A stretch of DNA of 64,000 nucleotides from a virus (taxonomy: Duplodnaviria > Caudoviricetes). Shown piece by piece: positions 17,492 to 26,938 of this stretch. The notes beneath the pieces are model-generated. The model saw nothing but the letters and a program-made list of their open reading frames with translations. It did not search any database and was not told the DNA's origin. Every line of letters begins with the position of its first letter. Position 1 is the stretch's first letter. A program made the translations under genes and the position numbers. The DNA is taken from IMG/VR virus record IMGVR_UViG_3300033273_000677, positions 711 to 64,710 of that record. One strand, written 5' to 3'.

Positions 17492-17565
17492 TCCCAAAGA
17501 AAATATTAAATTTCTAGATAGTACTAGATTCTAATGTTAGAATTTGGAAACATCGCACGAGATCT

Positions 17566-17760
17566 ATGACACTTCCATCCAACGGCAAAAAACTGACCAA
17601 AAACGAAGAGAAAAGCATGAAAATTGCCCTAGAACAGGCAGATATTCGTGCAATTCACCCCGAAAGGATGGAAGCACTAGCAGATTCTATGGTAGCAAAA
17701 CTAAAAGGAAATGCTACAAATGCTCAGGGTTGGCGCACTACAAGTGCACTTAATGAGTAA
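17566..17760 (+). CDS. Hypothetical phage protein
   Basis: 64-aa ORF. Confidence 0.6.
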   Translation: MTLPSNGKKLTKNEEKSMKIALEQADIRAIHPERMEALADSMVAKLKGNATNAQGWRTTSALNE

Positions 17761-17798
17761 TTAACAATAAATAGTACAAAGCTTTACAAAAACTTCAC

Positions 17799-18026
17799 AT
17801 GGAAAGTATCGAAAAGCATATTGAAAGAGACAAGGAAATCTTACACGATCCCACCGTCTCACCACAAATGCGTCGTCACATTGAAGGTGAACTGCACGAT
17901 TTAGAAGAGTATGCAGAACATCATAAAAAAGAAATTGAAGCAGGTGATCATCACGATCCATCATATCTTGAGTTGTTCTGTGACCAGAACCCATCAGAAC
18001 CCGAATGTTTGATTTATGATGATTGA
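17799..18026 (+). CDS. cp12: CP12 Calvin-cycle inhibitor (auxiliary metabolic gene)
   Basis: C-terminal DPSYLELFCDQNPSEPECLIYDD CP12 signature; ATAAATA late-promoter motif upstream (17767). Confidence 0.9.
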   Translation: MESIEKHIERDKEILHDPTVSPQMRRHIEGELHDLEEYAEHHKKEIEAGDHHDPSYLELFCDQNPSEPECLIYDD

Positions 18027-18027
18027 G

Positions 18028-18086
18028 TGTGACAGTTAAATAGGTGGCACACGGACCCTCCGGGGTCTTTTTTTATGCCCTATAAT
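18028..18086 (+). promoter_or_regulatory. Palindrome-type early promoter
   Basis: TGTGACAG-ttaaatag-GTGGCACA, 29 nt, TATAAT. Confidence 0.75.
18053..18074 (+). terminator. Rho-independent terminator after cp12
   Basis: GGACCC-TCCG-GGGTCT hairpin followed by a T-run. Confidence 0.75.
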
Positions 18087-18111
18087 TACGGAGTAATCAA
18101 GCAAAGGCACC

Positions 18112-18537
18112 ATGGGAACCCGCAGCAGGATCGGCATCCAACTCCAAGACAACAGCATCTTGTCTGTCTATTGCCACTATGATGGTTATCCTGCCTTCAA
18201 TGGTCGTGTTCTGCGTGACAACTTCGACACCGTTGAGAAGGTTCGCAATCTGATTGATGGTGGGAACATGTCCTGTACCTGGACAAATGCAGGTTGGAAC
18301 AATGAAACTCTGCCCGAATCTGGTCCTCTTTACTATACTATGCGTGGTGAATCTATTGAAGACAATGCACCTGAACTTAGTAAAAATGTGAAAGAGTATA
18401 TGGAACTGGGTGGTGAATATGGTGATGAAGAGTATGCTTATCTCTTCACAAGTGCCGGGTGGACATGTTACAATACCCGTTCTTGGGATGATAACTACAT
18501 GAAAGAAGAAGAAATCCCTGCCGGACCAGTTGCCTAA
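18112..18537 (+). CDS. Conserved hypothetical phage protein (MGTRSRIG...YCHYDGYP)
   Basis: Motif common in phage early proteins; follows a promoter. Confidence 0.75.
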   Translation: MGTRSRIGIQLQDNSILSVYCHYDGYPAFNGRVLRDNFDTVEKVRNLIDGGNMSCTWTNAGWNNETLPESGPLYYTMRGESIEDNAPELSKNVKEYMELGGEYGDEEYAYLFTSAGWTCYNTRSWDDNYMKEEEIPAGPVA

Positions 18538-18580
18538 GTGGCACACGGCATCCTGAAACCTCACCAGGATGCCCTATAAT
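18522..18580 (+). promoter_or_regulatory. Palindrome-type early promoter with stem-loop (left direct repeat)
   Basis: CGGACCAG-ttgcctaa-GTGGCACA, hairpin GGCATCCTG/CAGGATGCC, TATAAT. Confidence 0.8.
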
Positions 18581-18604
18581 ACCTTTGTAATCAACGGAAC
18601 TGCT

Positions 18605-19336
18605 ATGGGTACCCTCGCACAGATCGAAGCAGGTCGGAAGGCAAAGTACGATGGTCATGCTGAAGAAGAAACTTCAGCAGAGAGTTTGTCAATATCAACT
18701 GAATACTATCACTACACAGACGGTAGAAATATCACAAAAAGAGATATTCTTTGCGATACTCTTGGGCACTATTTCAGCAAAAAGTCAGTATCAAAAGAAC
18801 ACACTCAATGTCATCTAACATCTTGGGATGTTTGGTGTACTTATTTCAACATCACTGGTGAACTTCGTGAATGGTTTGGATTGTTCTTTGGAACTCCGCA
18901 TGAAGACGTTAGCAATGGCACTCACCCACAACATCGTGTTATTGATAATGACCGATTGAATGAACTTGGTGTTAAGTGGTTCAATGATCATAAAATGGAA
19001 ACCTTTGATGCTATCGTTCGTAAGGGAATCTATCAAAACAGAAAAACAAAGGATATTTTTGTTGGTGAACCAGTTAATAGAATGATATGGTATAATAAAG
19101 AAACGAAACAAGAGTGGAATTATCATATCAAGAGTATTGCTGATGTTATTGAAGGTGGATATTGGAGATTAGCACCACCTAGCAAAAAAACACCTATACC
19201 AACTACACTTTGGTTTATTGATGCTAATGGTAATAAACTATTTCATGTTCAAATGAAAGGTTCTGGTGAAAAGTTCAACTCTAGTTATCATTCTCTCATG
19301 TTTCATATCCATCGCCCTAAAGTAAATGCTTATTAA
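18605..19336 (+). CDS. Putative type II restriction endonuclease (MspI/HinP1I-like)
   Basis: GRKAKYDGHAEE, TKRDI, SKK, and C-terminal FHVQMKGSG...LMFHI resemble MspI/HinP1I family motifs; overlaps the MTase start. Confidence 0.55.
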   Translation: MGTLAQIEAGRKAKYDGHAEEETSAESLSISTEYYHYTDGRNITKRDILCDTLGHYFSKKSVSKEHTQCHLTSWDVWCTYFNITGELREWFGLFFGTPHEDVSNGTHPQHRVIDNDRLNELGVKWFNDHKMETFDAIVRKGIYQNRKTKDIFVGEPVNRMIWYNKETKQEWNYHIKSIADVIEGGYWRLAPPSKKTPIPTTLWFIDANGNKLFHVQMKGSGEKFNSSYHSLMFHIHRPKVNAY

Positions 19337-20051
19337 TAAAGATTGTATTGAAGGTATGAAGGAGATGGAAGATAATTCCATCGATTGTATCGTCACATCT
19401 CCTCCATACAACAAAAAAGGTTTGCTTGGCAATGTTAAACCAGGCAATCAGATTTGGGGTAAGTTCCAGATAGATTACAACACATATGGTGATGATATGC
19501 CTGAGGACCAATATCAGGCATGGATGATAGAGTTTTTGAATCAATGCCATCGTGTGATTAAACCTGAAGGTTCTATCTTCTTCAACCATAAACCAAGACG
19601 ATACAAGAATAGATGTTATCTACCAACAGATTTCATCAGTCAAAGTGATGCTCAACTCTATCAACTTATCATCTGGGATAGACGTAATTCACCAAATATC
19701 AGAAATGATGTACTTGTGCCATGCACAGAGCATATCTATTGGTTCTGCAAAAAGAAACCAAAAGTATTTCGTGATGCCGTAGATCCTGCATACAAAGGTG
19801 AAGTATGGGTGATCAATCCTGACAGACAGAAACAACACCCAGCACCATTTCCTCCACAACTGGTAGAAAACTGCATCAAACTTACCACACAAGAGGGTGA
19901 TTTGGTGCTTGATCCTTTTATGGGATCAGGTACAACTGCTGTTGTGTCACAAAATCTTAACAGAAAATGGATTGGGTTTGACATCGACGAAAAATATGCT
20001 ACAATTACAACTGAACGATTGAAAGAAGGACTTTCCTCTTTCTTTGTTTGA
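19326..20051 (+). CDS. Beta-class N4-cytosine/N6-adenine DNA methyltransferase
   Basis: TSPPY (motif IV) precedes HPAPFP and DPFMGSGTT (motif I), GFDID. Confidence 0.92.
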   Translation: MLINKDCIEGMKEMEDNSIDCIVTSPPYNKKGLLGNVKPGNQIWGKFQIDYNTYGDDMPEDQYQAWMIEFLNQCHRVIKPEGSIFFNHKPRRYKNRCYLPTDFISQSDAQLYQLIIWDRRNSPNIRNDVLVPCTEHIYWFCKKKPKVFRDAVDPAYKGEVWVINPDRQKQHPAPFPPQLVENCIKLTTQEGDLVLDPFMGSGTTAVVSQNLNRKWIGFDIDEKYATITTERLKEGLSSFFV

Positions 20052-20123
20052 GACAAACCATTCAAACCCTCAAATAAAATCGTTTACTTTCTAACCTAAC
20101 ACCATTTAATTTCAGTTAGAACC

Positions 20124-21299
20124 ATGTCTACACAAACAAAAATCTATAAAGATATCAAGAGGATCATTGACCTTGCATTAGATAAGGTTGATGAAAAAGA
20201 TTTTGAAAACCTCAGTAAATATCAAGTAGTAGATCAAATGCCATCGGGACATCCCTTTATGGAAGATGTCATCAGAGATTATCTTCTTGGTGACAAATAT
20301 CTTGGTGGAGAAAATATCCTTGTCTCTGCACGAGTTGGTGATCTTTTTGGTGATCCAACATATAATCGTGTTGATGAGATTAACTATAATAACTGCATGA
20401 AGCAGATCAGAAATGTAGGAGGATTTTCATTCTTTGCTGCCGACAGTCTCTCTGCTTTCTTACGTCCGAACGGAAAAGTTGCCTGCACTAAGGGAAATCA
20501 CCGCGTCACTATGCGGTTTCTCATTGACAGAGATCCAGATGCAAGAGTTTCAGTTAGTCTGAAACTTCATAACAGAAATGCAACCATTGAACAAATGGTT
20601 ATTGATGAAGCAAGGGATCACACTTTTGATTGTTCATATCGTACTTCTCAAAAAGGTGATGATAAGTTTAAGTCAAATTACCATGCTGAAGAAGGTTGGG
20701 CAGTTAAACTTTATGATGATTGTGCTCAGTTTTCTATTGGAATTGCTGGCACTAATCCTGAAGCAAAGTTTGATCTTCCCCGTTACAGTTACTTGACTCG
20801 CGCTCAAAACAATATTGGGAGTGTATTTACAAATAAGTTTCTAAAGGCATTTACATCAGAAGAATGCTGTAGTGTTATCGGTGGAAATATCATCGTTGCA
20901 GGATCTGCTTTCTGTAAATACTTTCAAACAATTATTTCTAAAGTTGATAAAGAATACAATGTAGATTCTCTTGCAGAGATGCTTAATTTTTACTTTCATC
21001 AATGGGGTCCATTGATGGCATCTATTGGTGAACCTGATGCAAAAAATGTAACTCAGGAAATGATTACAGATGCAGCAGCATGGAACAATCCACCTGGACA
21101 AGAACCTGGTATTGCTCGTTTGGTGATGCTCTATAATACTTATTGTGCAAGAAACAAATATGTTCTTAAAGGACATGCTAACACTGTTATCCCATTCAAG
21201 AGCGATTCTGAAGATAATGAATGGAACAAGTTCTTAGATACTTGTCATCCATACATTCGTGCATCAATGTATAATATCGCAACGACAAAATTTTTCTGA
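20124..21299 (+). CDS. ParB/Srx-like N-terminal domain protein
   Basis: DPTYNR and KGNHR (variant of DGxHR) motifs. Confidence 0.5.
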   Translation: MSTQTKIYKDIKRIIDLALDKVDEKDFENLSKYQVVDQMPSGHPFMEDVIRDYLLGDKYLGGENILVSARVGDLFGDPTYNRVDEINYNNCMKQIRNVGGFSFFAADSLSAFLRPNGKVACTKGNHRVTMRFLIDRDPDARVSVSLKLHNRNATIEQMVIDEARDHTFDCSYRTSQKGDDKFKSNYHAEEGWAVKLYDDCAQFSIGIAGTNPEAKFDLPRYSYLTRAQNNIGSVFTNKFLKAFTSEECCSVIGGNIIVAGSAFCKYFQTIISKVDKEYNVDSLAEMLNFYFHQWGPLMASIGEPDAKNVTQEMITDAAAWNNPPGQEPGIARLVMLYNTYCARNKYVLKGHANTVIPFKSDSEDNEWNKFLDTCHPYIRASMYNIATTKFF

Positions 21300-21358
21300 T
21301 GTGACAGTTGCTTAAGTGGCACAGGGCATCCTGAAACCCCATCAGGATGCCCTATAAT
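21300..21358 (+). promoter_or_regulatory. Palindrome-type early promoter with stem-loop (right direct repeat)
   Basis: TGTGACAG-ttgcttaa-GTGGCACA, hairpin GGGCATCCTGA/TCAGGATGCCC, TATAAT; 21305-21358 is 50/54 identical to 18527-18580. Confidence 0.8.
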
Positions 21359-21382
21359 ATGTTCATACAAGGGAAACGACCC

Positions 21383-21829
21383 ATGACCACCTCCTTCGCA
21401 GACTATGTTGCTCAGCAGGACGCACGCAACACTCTCCAACTGAATGTCCGCAAGTGGACGATGATGCTGTGTGATGCACTGGAGCACAACTTCACTGAGT
21501 ATACTGTCCGTGCTCACAAACGTTCTGCCAACCTTGCAGATCGTGTTGAGGACAAAGCATACCATGAGATGAAGATCAAGGAAGCACAGGAAAAGTGTGC
21601 TGTTAAGTTTACCTTTGAAGAAGGTCGTAAGTATTTCAAAGTTATGTTCCGTGACTCTGGTGGTGGTAACTCTGTCCATGCCTTTGTTGATCGGAAGACT
21701 GGTGAACTTTACAAGGCAGCATCATTCAAGGCACCTGCCAAAGGTGTTCGTTTCGATCTGAGATTGATCGAACAACGTGAATGGGTTCTCAAGAACTGCG
21801 ATTGGGCAGGTGGTTATCTTTACAAGTGA
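21383..21829 (+). CDS. Conserved hypothetical phage early protein
   Basis: VHAFVDRKTGELYKAASFKAPAKGVRF motif typical of T4-like phages. Confidence 0.75.
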   Translation: MTTSFADYVAQQDARNTLQLNVRKWTMMLCDALEHNFTEYTVRAHKRSANLADRVEDKAYHEMKIKEAQEKCAVKFTFEEGRKYFKVMFRDSGGGNSVHAFVDRKTGELYKAASFKAPAKGVRFDLRLIEQREWVLKNCDWAGGYLYK

Positions 21830-21834
21830 TTGAC

Positions 21835-22011
21835 ATGACTATTGACCGTGATTGGCTTCAAGAACGATACATTCAGTGGGATCTGAATCAAATGTCAAAT
21901 GATCAACTTAGACAGTTCTTCATTGACACTCAAAATCGTGAGTTGAGTGATCTTGATGATGACGAACTGATTTATGAAGTAGAACAATATGCTCCTGAAC
22001 TGTTTGTATGA
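21835..22011 (+). CDS. Small acidic protein (paralog of 28196-28396)
   Basis: IDRDxLQ..YI ... DELIxEVExYxPxL shared. Confidence 0.65.
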   Translation: MTIDRDWLQERYIQWDLNQMSNDQLRQFFIDTQNRELSDLDDDELIYEVEQYAPELFV

Positions 22012-22069
22012 CATCTAAGGAAAAACTCCTGTTCACTGCATCTTTTATTTGGTTTCTTCACTGGGGCAC

Positions 22070-22546
22070 ATGTCTAGCATCTACCATTCTGGATACGGTT
22101 ATTCTAAGAAACTCTGTGAGGATGTTACCTCTTGGTTTCTGAACAAGTATTATCCACGACATAAGATTGATGTGGATATTGTTCATCGTGGATTGAGACG
22201 TGATAATGTGCTGGGGTATTGTGATGTTATTGGTCGTTCTTATCGACCAAGACACTTCCTGATTGAACTCCAGACCGATATGTGTAAGGAGTTGTATATA
22301 AAAACTCTTTTGCATGAACTGACCCACCTGGCACAGTGGGTAGACGGTTCTCTGCGGTTTACGCATGGAAAAATGTGTTATTGTCAAGAACCAGTAGAAA
22401 ATTACGATTATGAGGATCAACCGCATGAAATTGAGGCACGGGACAGTGAAACAATCCTATATGATCTGTATATGAGTGATAAACAAGGTGTGCCGGTCAA
22501 ACAGGTGGCACAGGGGTCGTTCCCGAACCGTCTGACGGCTGTATAA
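22070..22546 (+). CDS. Zincin-like metalloprotease
   Basis: TLLHELTHLAQ (HExxH) plus downstream HEIEA. Confidence 0.7.
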   Translation: MSSIYHSGYGYSKKLCEDVTSWFLNKYYPRHKIDVDIVHRGLRRDNVLGYCDVIGRSYRPRHFLIELQTDMCKELYIKTLLHELTHLAQWVDGSLRFTHGKMCYCQEPVENYDYEDQPHEIEARDSETILYDLYMSDKQGVPVKQVAQGSFPNRLTAV

Positions 22547-22547
22547 T
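22489..22547 (+). promoter_or_regulatory. Palindrome-type early promoter
   Basis: TGTGCCGG-tcaaacag-GTGGCACA, 29 nt, TATAAT. Confidence 0.75.
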
Positions 22548-22572
22548 TACAAGGTAATCAAGGGAACACCCA

Positions 22573-22839
22573 ATGCAACTGACCAACTCTGCCACCATCG
22601 TTGACTTCTTCCCTGAGGCATTCATTGCCGAGGCATGTGAGAAGAAAGGTATGAAGGTTGTGGTCAAGCGTTTCACCAAACGTGTTACCTTCCGTGCTAA
22701 TGGTATGAAGTCCTACAGTGTTGTGGATATGATCGATGCCAAGAATGAGTGGGCATCCCGTATTGCCAAAGGTGCCGAGGTTACCAACTACAACACCGAC
22801 AAACTTCCCCGTGAAGAGTATATGCCTCTTTACTGCTGA
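22573..22839 (+). CDS. Hypothetical phage early protein
   Basis: Follows a promoter; AAGGG RBS-like. Confidence 0.7.
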   Translation: MQLTNSATIVDFFPEAFIAEACEKKGMKVVVKRFTKRVTFRANGMKSYSVVDMIDAKNEWASRIAKGAEVTNYNTDKLPREEYMPLYC

Positions 22840-22886
22840 TGTTGTATCTTCTCTCCATTATTGTTATCGTTGTTTCACTCTTCTCA

Positions 22887-24558
22887 TGATTACTTCTAAA
22901 GCATATCTTCTTCGGGTGATGAAAAACTGCGAATACGCAGACACTCTCACCCGTGAAGAAAAGTTTCAAGTCTTCTGTCGTGTATGTGATAACATGCTCA
23001 ACGAAGGTAGAATGACCAAAGTAACTCACAAACGTTTCACGGAGATCTGGTGATGCAAACAACGACCGCAACTTATCAGATTCAGGTAACAACCGATGAA
23101 GGTTCTTTATCTTTTCTGAGGACAATGCCCACACGTCCAAAGACACAAAAGGGCATCAAATCACACAACACCAGGTTAGAGAACTATGCCAAAAAGCAGT
23201 ATCCTAACTGGACCGAAATCAATGTCATTCCTTTAGACTGATGTTTTCCAAAGAAGATCATGAGTTTATCGACTTTCTGTTTGGTAAACTGACCTGTCTC
23301 ACTGATACTGAGATGATTGATTTGCAGGATGATGATTCCTGCTGTGACCACCTTGAATTCAAACAACTGGAGATCGACAACAATGTGTGAGATGAAAGTG
23401 ACCAAGGAGGAACTGAATAATATCATTCAGAGGTTGGAGGATGCAATCAATGTTTGTTACACTGCACCAGAGAATCCAAATGAGGAAGGTTATCCTTATG
23501 CGACAGGATATGCACGATCTGCAATGCAAGGATCGGTCGAAAATCTCCGAAGTTTAATGTGATATAATTAGAGTTGTAGTAAGCAGGAAGGACAAATGAC
23601 TTTTGAGAAGAATGTACCACTGAATGTTCAGGAACTAGGTGTTATTCTCTCGGCACTACAACTCTTAGACCACGGTGATGAGAATCACATTGCCAAACAT
23701 TATGGTAGTGCACCATCACTGTACCGTCGATTGGAGGAGATCTATGAACAAATGGACACCTCAGTCTGCGGACCTCAAAATGACCCAATCTGCGAACCTT
23801 CGTTTTAATTATGGACAAGCAAGTCAAAGATCTGCTCCGTGCCTATGTGGACTGGGAGAAGAATGTCTTTCAAAAATATATGGTTATGATTGATGGTGTG
23901 GAGGTTGATATTCCCGAGGAAGAAGATTTGATGGCATCGTTTGAAGAAGAGGCGGCAAAGTTGGAGGTGACGGTTGATTACTACATGGAGGAGTTCCTGT
24001 GAAAAAGATTGATGATCCTGTATTCAAATTACTCTCGGCAAAGCACCAGGTCGAAAATGTAATGAAATTGATTGAGGATAATCCTTATGAACAGTACATG
24101 TACATGCATTTGAACACGGTTTATTATGAGCTCGAAAGACAGTTATCTTTATGTTCTTGACTACTGGGTGCCATTTCCGGCATCTGAGTATGGTGGACTG
24201 ATTGTATTGATTGCGGAAAATGATCAGGATGCATTTGAGATTTTATCCAATGAGGAACAATTGGAGAGTGATTATGGGCACCTGATTATGGAACAGATCG
24301 TGAAGTCAACAAAAATAAAGTTGGCGGAAGAACACGAATCTGGTATAATTGATGTATTCTGCACTTAAACAAATGGCACAAGGATTTAAGATCAAATCAA
24401 ATAGCAGTAATGAATTGTATAAGATTGAAGAAGAACAGACAATCGGATGGACACTTGTAAAGAGTGATATTACAAAGGAAGAATGTAAGGAACAGTATGA
24501 AAAACTCATTGGTGATGGAGTATCACCGGACAGGATCAAAATCACCCGACTTCAATGA
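22887..24558 (+). other. Run of about ten small (40-80 aa) coupled hypothetical ORFs
   Basis: ORFs ending at 23053, 23241, 23562, 23808, 24002, 24368, 24558 and others, all + strand with overlapping stop and start codons. Confidence 0.6.
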
Positions 24559-24863
24559 TTGAACCACTGCGTGACCTCCCCGACGATTTTATTCATGAAC
24601 CACCCGAAGGATATCATTATGAGGTTGATCAATTCCGACGCAATGTTCATCGCATTTGCATTGTCAATGATGGTACTTTCACCTATACTAGTGATGCACC
24701 TAAATGTGTCTGGGGATTCTACAATACAAAGACAAGAGTCTATTCATCCCCGATTAACTTTACCAAACAAGGAGACACGGTAGACATCAATCGCACGACT
24801 CCTTATACTGCCATGCAACTCAATCTCAATCCGTTAGAACAATGTCTTATGTCCCTATTGTAG
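24555..24863 (+). CDS. Hypothetical phage protein
   Basis: 102-aa coupled ORF. Confidence 0.65.
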   Translation: MIEPLRDLPDDFIHEPPEGYHYEVDQFRRNVHRICIVNDGTFTYTSDAPKCVWGFYNTKTRVYSSPINFTKQGDTVDINRTTPYTAMQLNLNPLEQCLMSLL

Positions 24864-25096
24864 ATGATTATGTCAAGTGGAGAAATGTCGAAGGATGGGT
24901 GTATTATGTCGGAGAAGAGTATATTACGATAGAAGTTGCGGTCAAGGACAAACCCGATAATCATGTAATGTTTCATCGGAAGATTCATTGTAATGTTGTT
25001 TGTCCTAGTTGGAACTGGGATGAACTAAAGTATGTGACTAATAGGAGAGAACCTGAGTATAAAGGTCAACCTTATAGAGATCAGGATTTGTACTAA
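24842..25096 (+). CDS. Hypothetical phage protein
   Basis: 84-aa ORF, convergent with the - strand oxygenase. Confidence 0.65.
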   Translation: MSYVPIVDDYVKWRNVEGWVYYVGEEYITIEVAVKDKPDNHVMFHRKIHCNVVCPSWNWDELKYVTNRREPEYKGQPYRDQDLY

Positions 25097-25785
25097 TATT
25101 GAAGTGCCTTCATGTCATTGTAGGTAAGATGTTTTCTAACCAATAAATCACGACGTGCTCTCCACCTAACATAGTTTGAATTGTAGTAGTCATAAAGATT
25201 ATCACACATGGGTTCTTTTACTTTATCCATCATGTGTCCCCAATACTTATATTCACGGAATGCTTCTATGTTAGTCCATAATGAATGAGACCAAAAGATT
25301 GCAACATTACGTTCACCCCTGGTAACAGTATTGACCCTATGTCCTATACCAGTTTCATATGTAACACCCCAACCCATATCTAACTTGAATGGAACTTCCT
25401 TACCATCAATGAATAAAACTAATTCACCACCATCATATTGATCAGGAGAATTAAGAAAGATTGTTGTACTAAAGTTACCCAGTGTTAGTTTATCTACATG
25501 TGGATGATAGTAACCACCGACAGGAGTTTTTGTTATTCTTGCCTTACTACTGGTATGTGATTGAGTAAATTTTATAAAATTACTGTTTCTATCAACATGT
25601 TTCCATATTAGATTACCCGGTAATGTTTCCTTTGTTATTAGGTTGTTTTTTATCTCTTTGTTCTTCTTACTGTGTGTCTCAGATCCATCTATCCATTCCT
25701 GTAATTTATACCAGTGTTTGATCTTATCTAGTGCTGATTGATTGAAGAACTGACTGATGTAGAATCTTCCGATTGGTGTTGTCAT
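25093..25785 (-). CDS. PKHD-type 2OG-Fe(II) hydroxylase
   Basis: YHPHVD, STTIFLN...YDGGEL, H-R-V...G-E-R...W; GGAG RBS before ATG 25785. Confidence 0.85.
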   Translation of the reverse strand: MTTPIGRFYISQFFNQSALDKIKHWYKLQEWIDGSETHSKKNKEIKNNLITKETLPGNLIWKHVDRNSNFIKFTQSHTSSKARITKTPVGGYYHPHVDKLTLGNFSTTIFLNSPDQYDGGELVLFIDGKEVPFKLDMGWGVTYETGIGHRVNTVTRGERNVAIFWSHSLWTNIEAFREYKYWGHMMDKVKEPMCDNLYDYYNSNYVRWRARRDLLVRKHLTYNDMKALQY

Positions 25786-25801
25786 ATGATGTCTCCGGTG
25801 A

Positions 25802-26608
25802 TTACGCCTTAAACCAGTAATATCCTTTGTAAGAGTTTTTGCGGGGATTTTTAATAGATTTTCTAATTCCATCTACACTACCATATATCTTACCTGCTTC
25901 TCTTATACTGTTATAGGTTGGTGTTCTCTGCCAGGTAATCTTATTGATGCCATATACCTTAACACATTGCTTGGATTGTTCTAAACGTTTCCATAGATGA
26001 CCCTGGCACTTATATCCTTTATTCATAGCACGGGTAATGTTACCTGCTTTATTTCTGTTACCTGTTAATTCTATTGCTGCTTCACTTACACTATTCCATA
26101 CTCTCTCTTCTCCTGTTTCTACATTCACAGACATTATCTTAGTTGCTAGGTGTTTACCATTGCCCCTATTCTCTGCTAAATGAAATCCCCATTTCTCGTT
26201 ATTATCTAACTTATCTTTTAATCCTTTACTGATATTATCACAATGTTTTTCTGATTTACTTACACCAGACATCTTATCTGATATCTTCTGTTTTGTTTCA
26301 TCACTGAATGATGGAGTATTACCACCTGATGTAGCATTATATCCTGCACTACTATTGAATGTATTGAACTTTTCTATGTAATATTCTTCTCTTTCATCTA
26401 ACAGTTCAGTATCACATTCTTCTAATTCTTTAATCATAAAGTTGTGATTACCGTGCTTTCGCATTGCCTTATGTAAAGGATACGGAGACATACGTATTGC
26501 TTCCTGTATATGTTGTGCCCATCTCTTGTTCATTCCTCTGATGGTCTGCCCGACATATTTGTGCCCGTTAATCTTATTGATGATGAGATAGATTGTTCCT
26601 ACTGCCAT
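25802..26608 (-). CDS. GIY-YIG homing endonuclease (Seg-like, NUMOD repeats)
   Basis: TIYLI...KYVGQT...R, E...GYN, SDETKQKIS (NUMOD3) and SVSEAA/SIREAG (NUMOD1) motifs. Confidence 0.88.
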   Translation of the reverse strand: MAVGTIYLIINKINGHKYVGQTIRGMNKRWAQHIQEAIRMSPYPLHKAMRKHGNHNFMIKELEECDTELLDEREEYYIEKFNTFNSSAGYNATSGGNTPSFSDETKQKISDKMSGVSKSEKHCDNISKGLKDKLDNNEKWGFHLAENRGNGKHLATKIMSVNVETGEERVWNSVSEAAIELTGNRNKAGNITRAMNKGYKCQGHLWKRLEQSKQCVKVYGINKITWQRTPTYNSIREAGKIYGSVDGIRKSIKNPRKNSYKGYYWFKA

Positions 26609-26630
26609 ATTGTGATAAAATACATACCAA

Positions 26631-26638
26631 TATTTATA
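26631..26638 (-). promoter_or_regulatory. T4-type late promoter for the GIY-YIG gene
   Basis: TATAAATA on the - strand, 22 nt upstream of the ATG. Confidence 0.65.
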
Positions 26639-26716
26639 GAACTGTATTGCTTTGTGATAATATACAATACATTTCTTTATTGTTAAATTAAATATAAATA
26701 ACCTGTTTTTATTGCT

Positions 26717-26761
26717 CTGAGTAACTGTGTAGATACTGTGTAGATACTGCTGAGTAACTGT
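26717..26761. repeat. Nested direct repeats (CTGAGTAACTGT x2 flanking TGTAGATACTG x2)
   Basis: Read directly in the intergenic region. Confidence 0.75.
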
Positions 26762-26901
26762 CAAATAAACCTCAGACCTTATGCAAGTTCAGGCGACACG
26801 CTACCACACTCAGAGCATTTTGTCAACCACCCCCGCATAAAAATCTGAGAACCCACACATAAAACTTACAGGTCTTATAAATATTGCTTATGAGACCCCC
26901 C

Positions 26902-26930
26902 TTGACGTGTGGTGGGTGATCGGTTATAAT
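26902..26930 (+). promoter_or_regulatory. sigma70-type promoter
   Basis: TTGACG-17 nt-TATAAT. Confidence 0.7.
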
Positions 26931-26938
26931 AACAGAGT

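Noticed and set aside
18569-21382. Shared N-terminal peptide MPYN in ORFs 18569 and 21347 (also inside ORF 386)
   Set aside because: It is the translation of the promoter sequence ATGCCCTATAAT; true starts are downstream (18605, 21383, 458)
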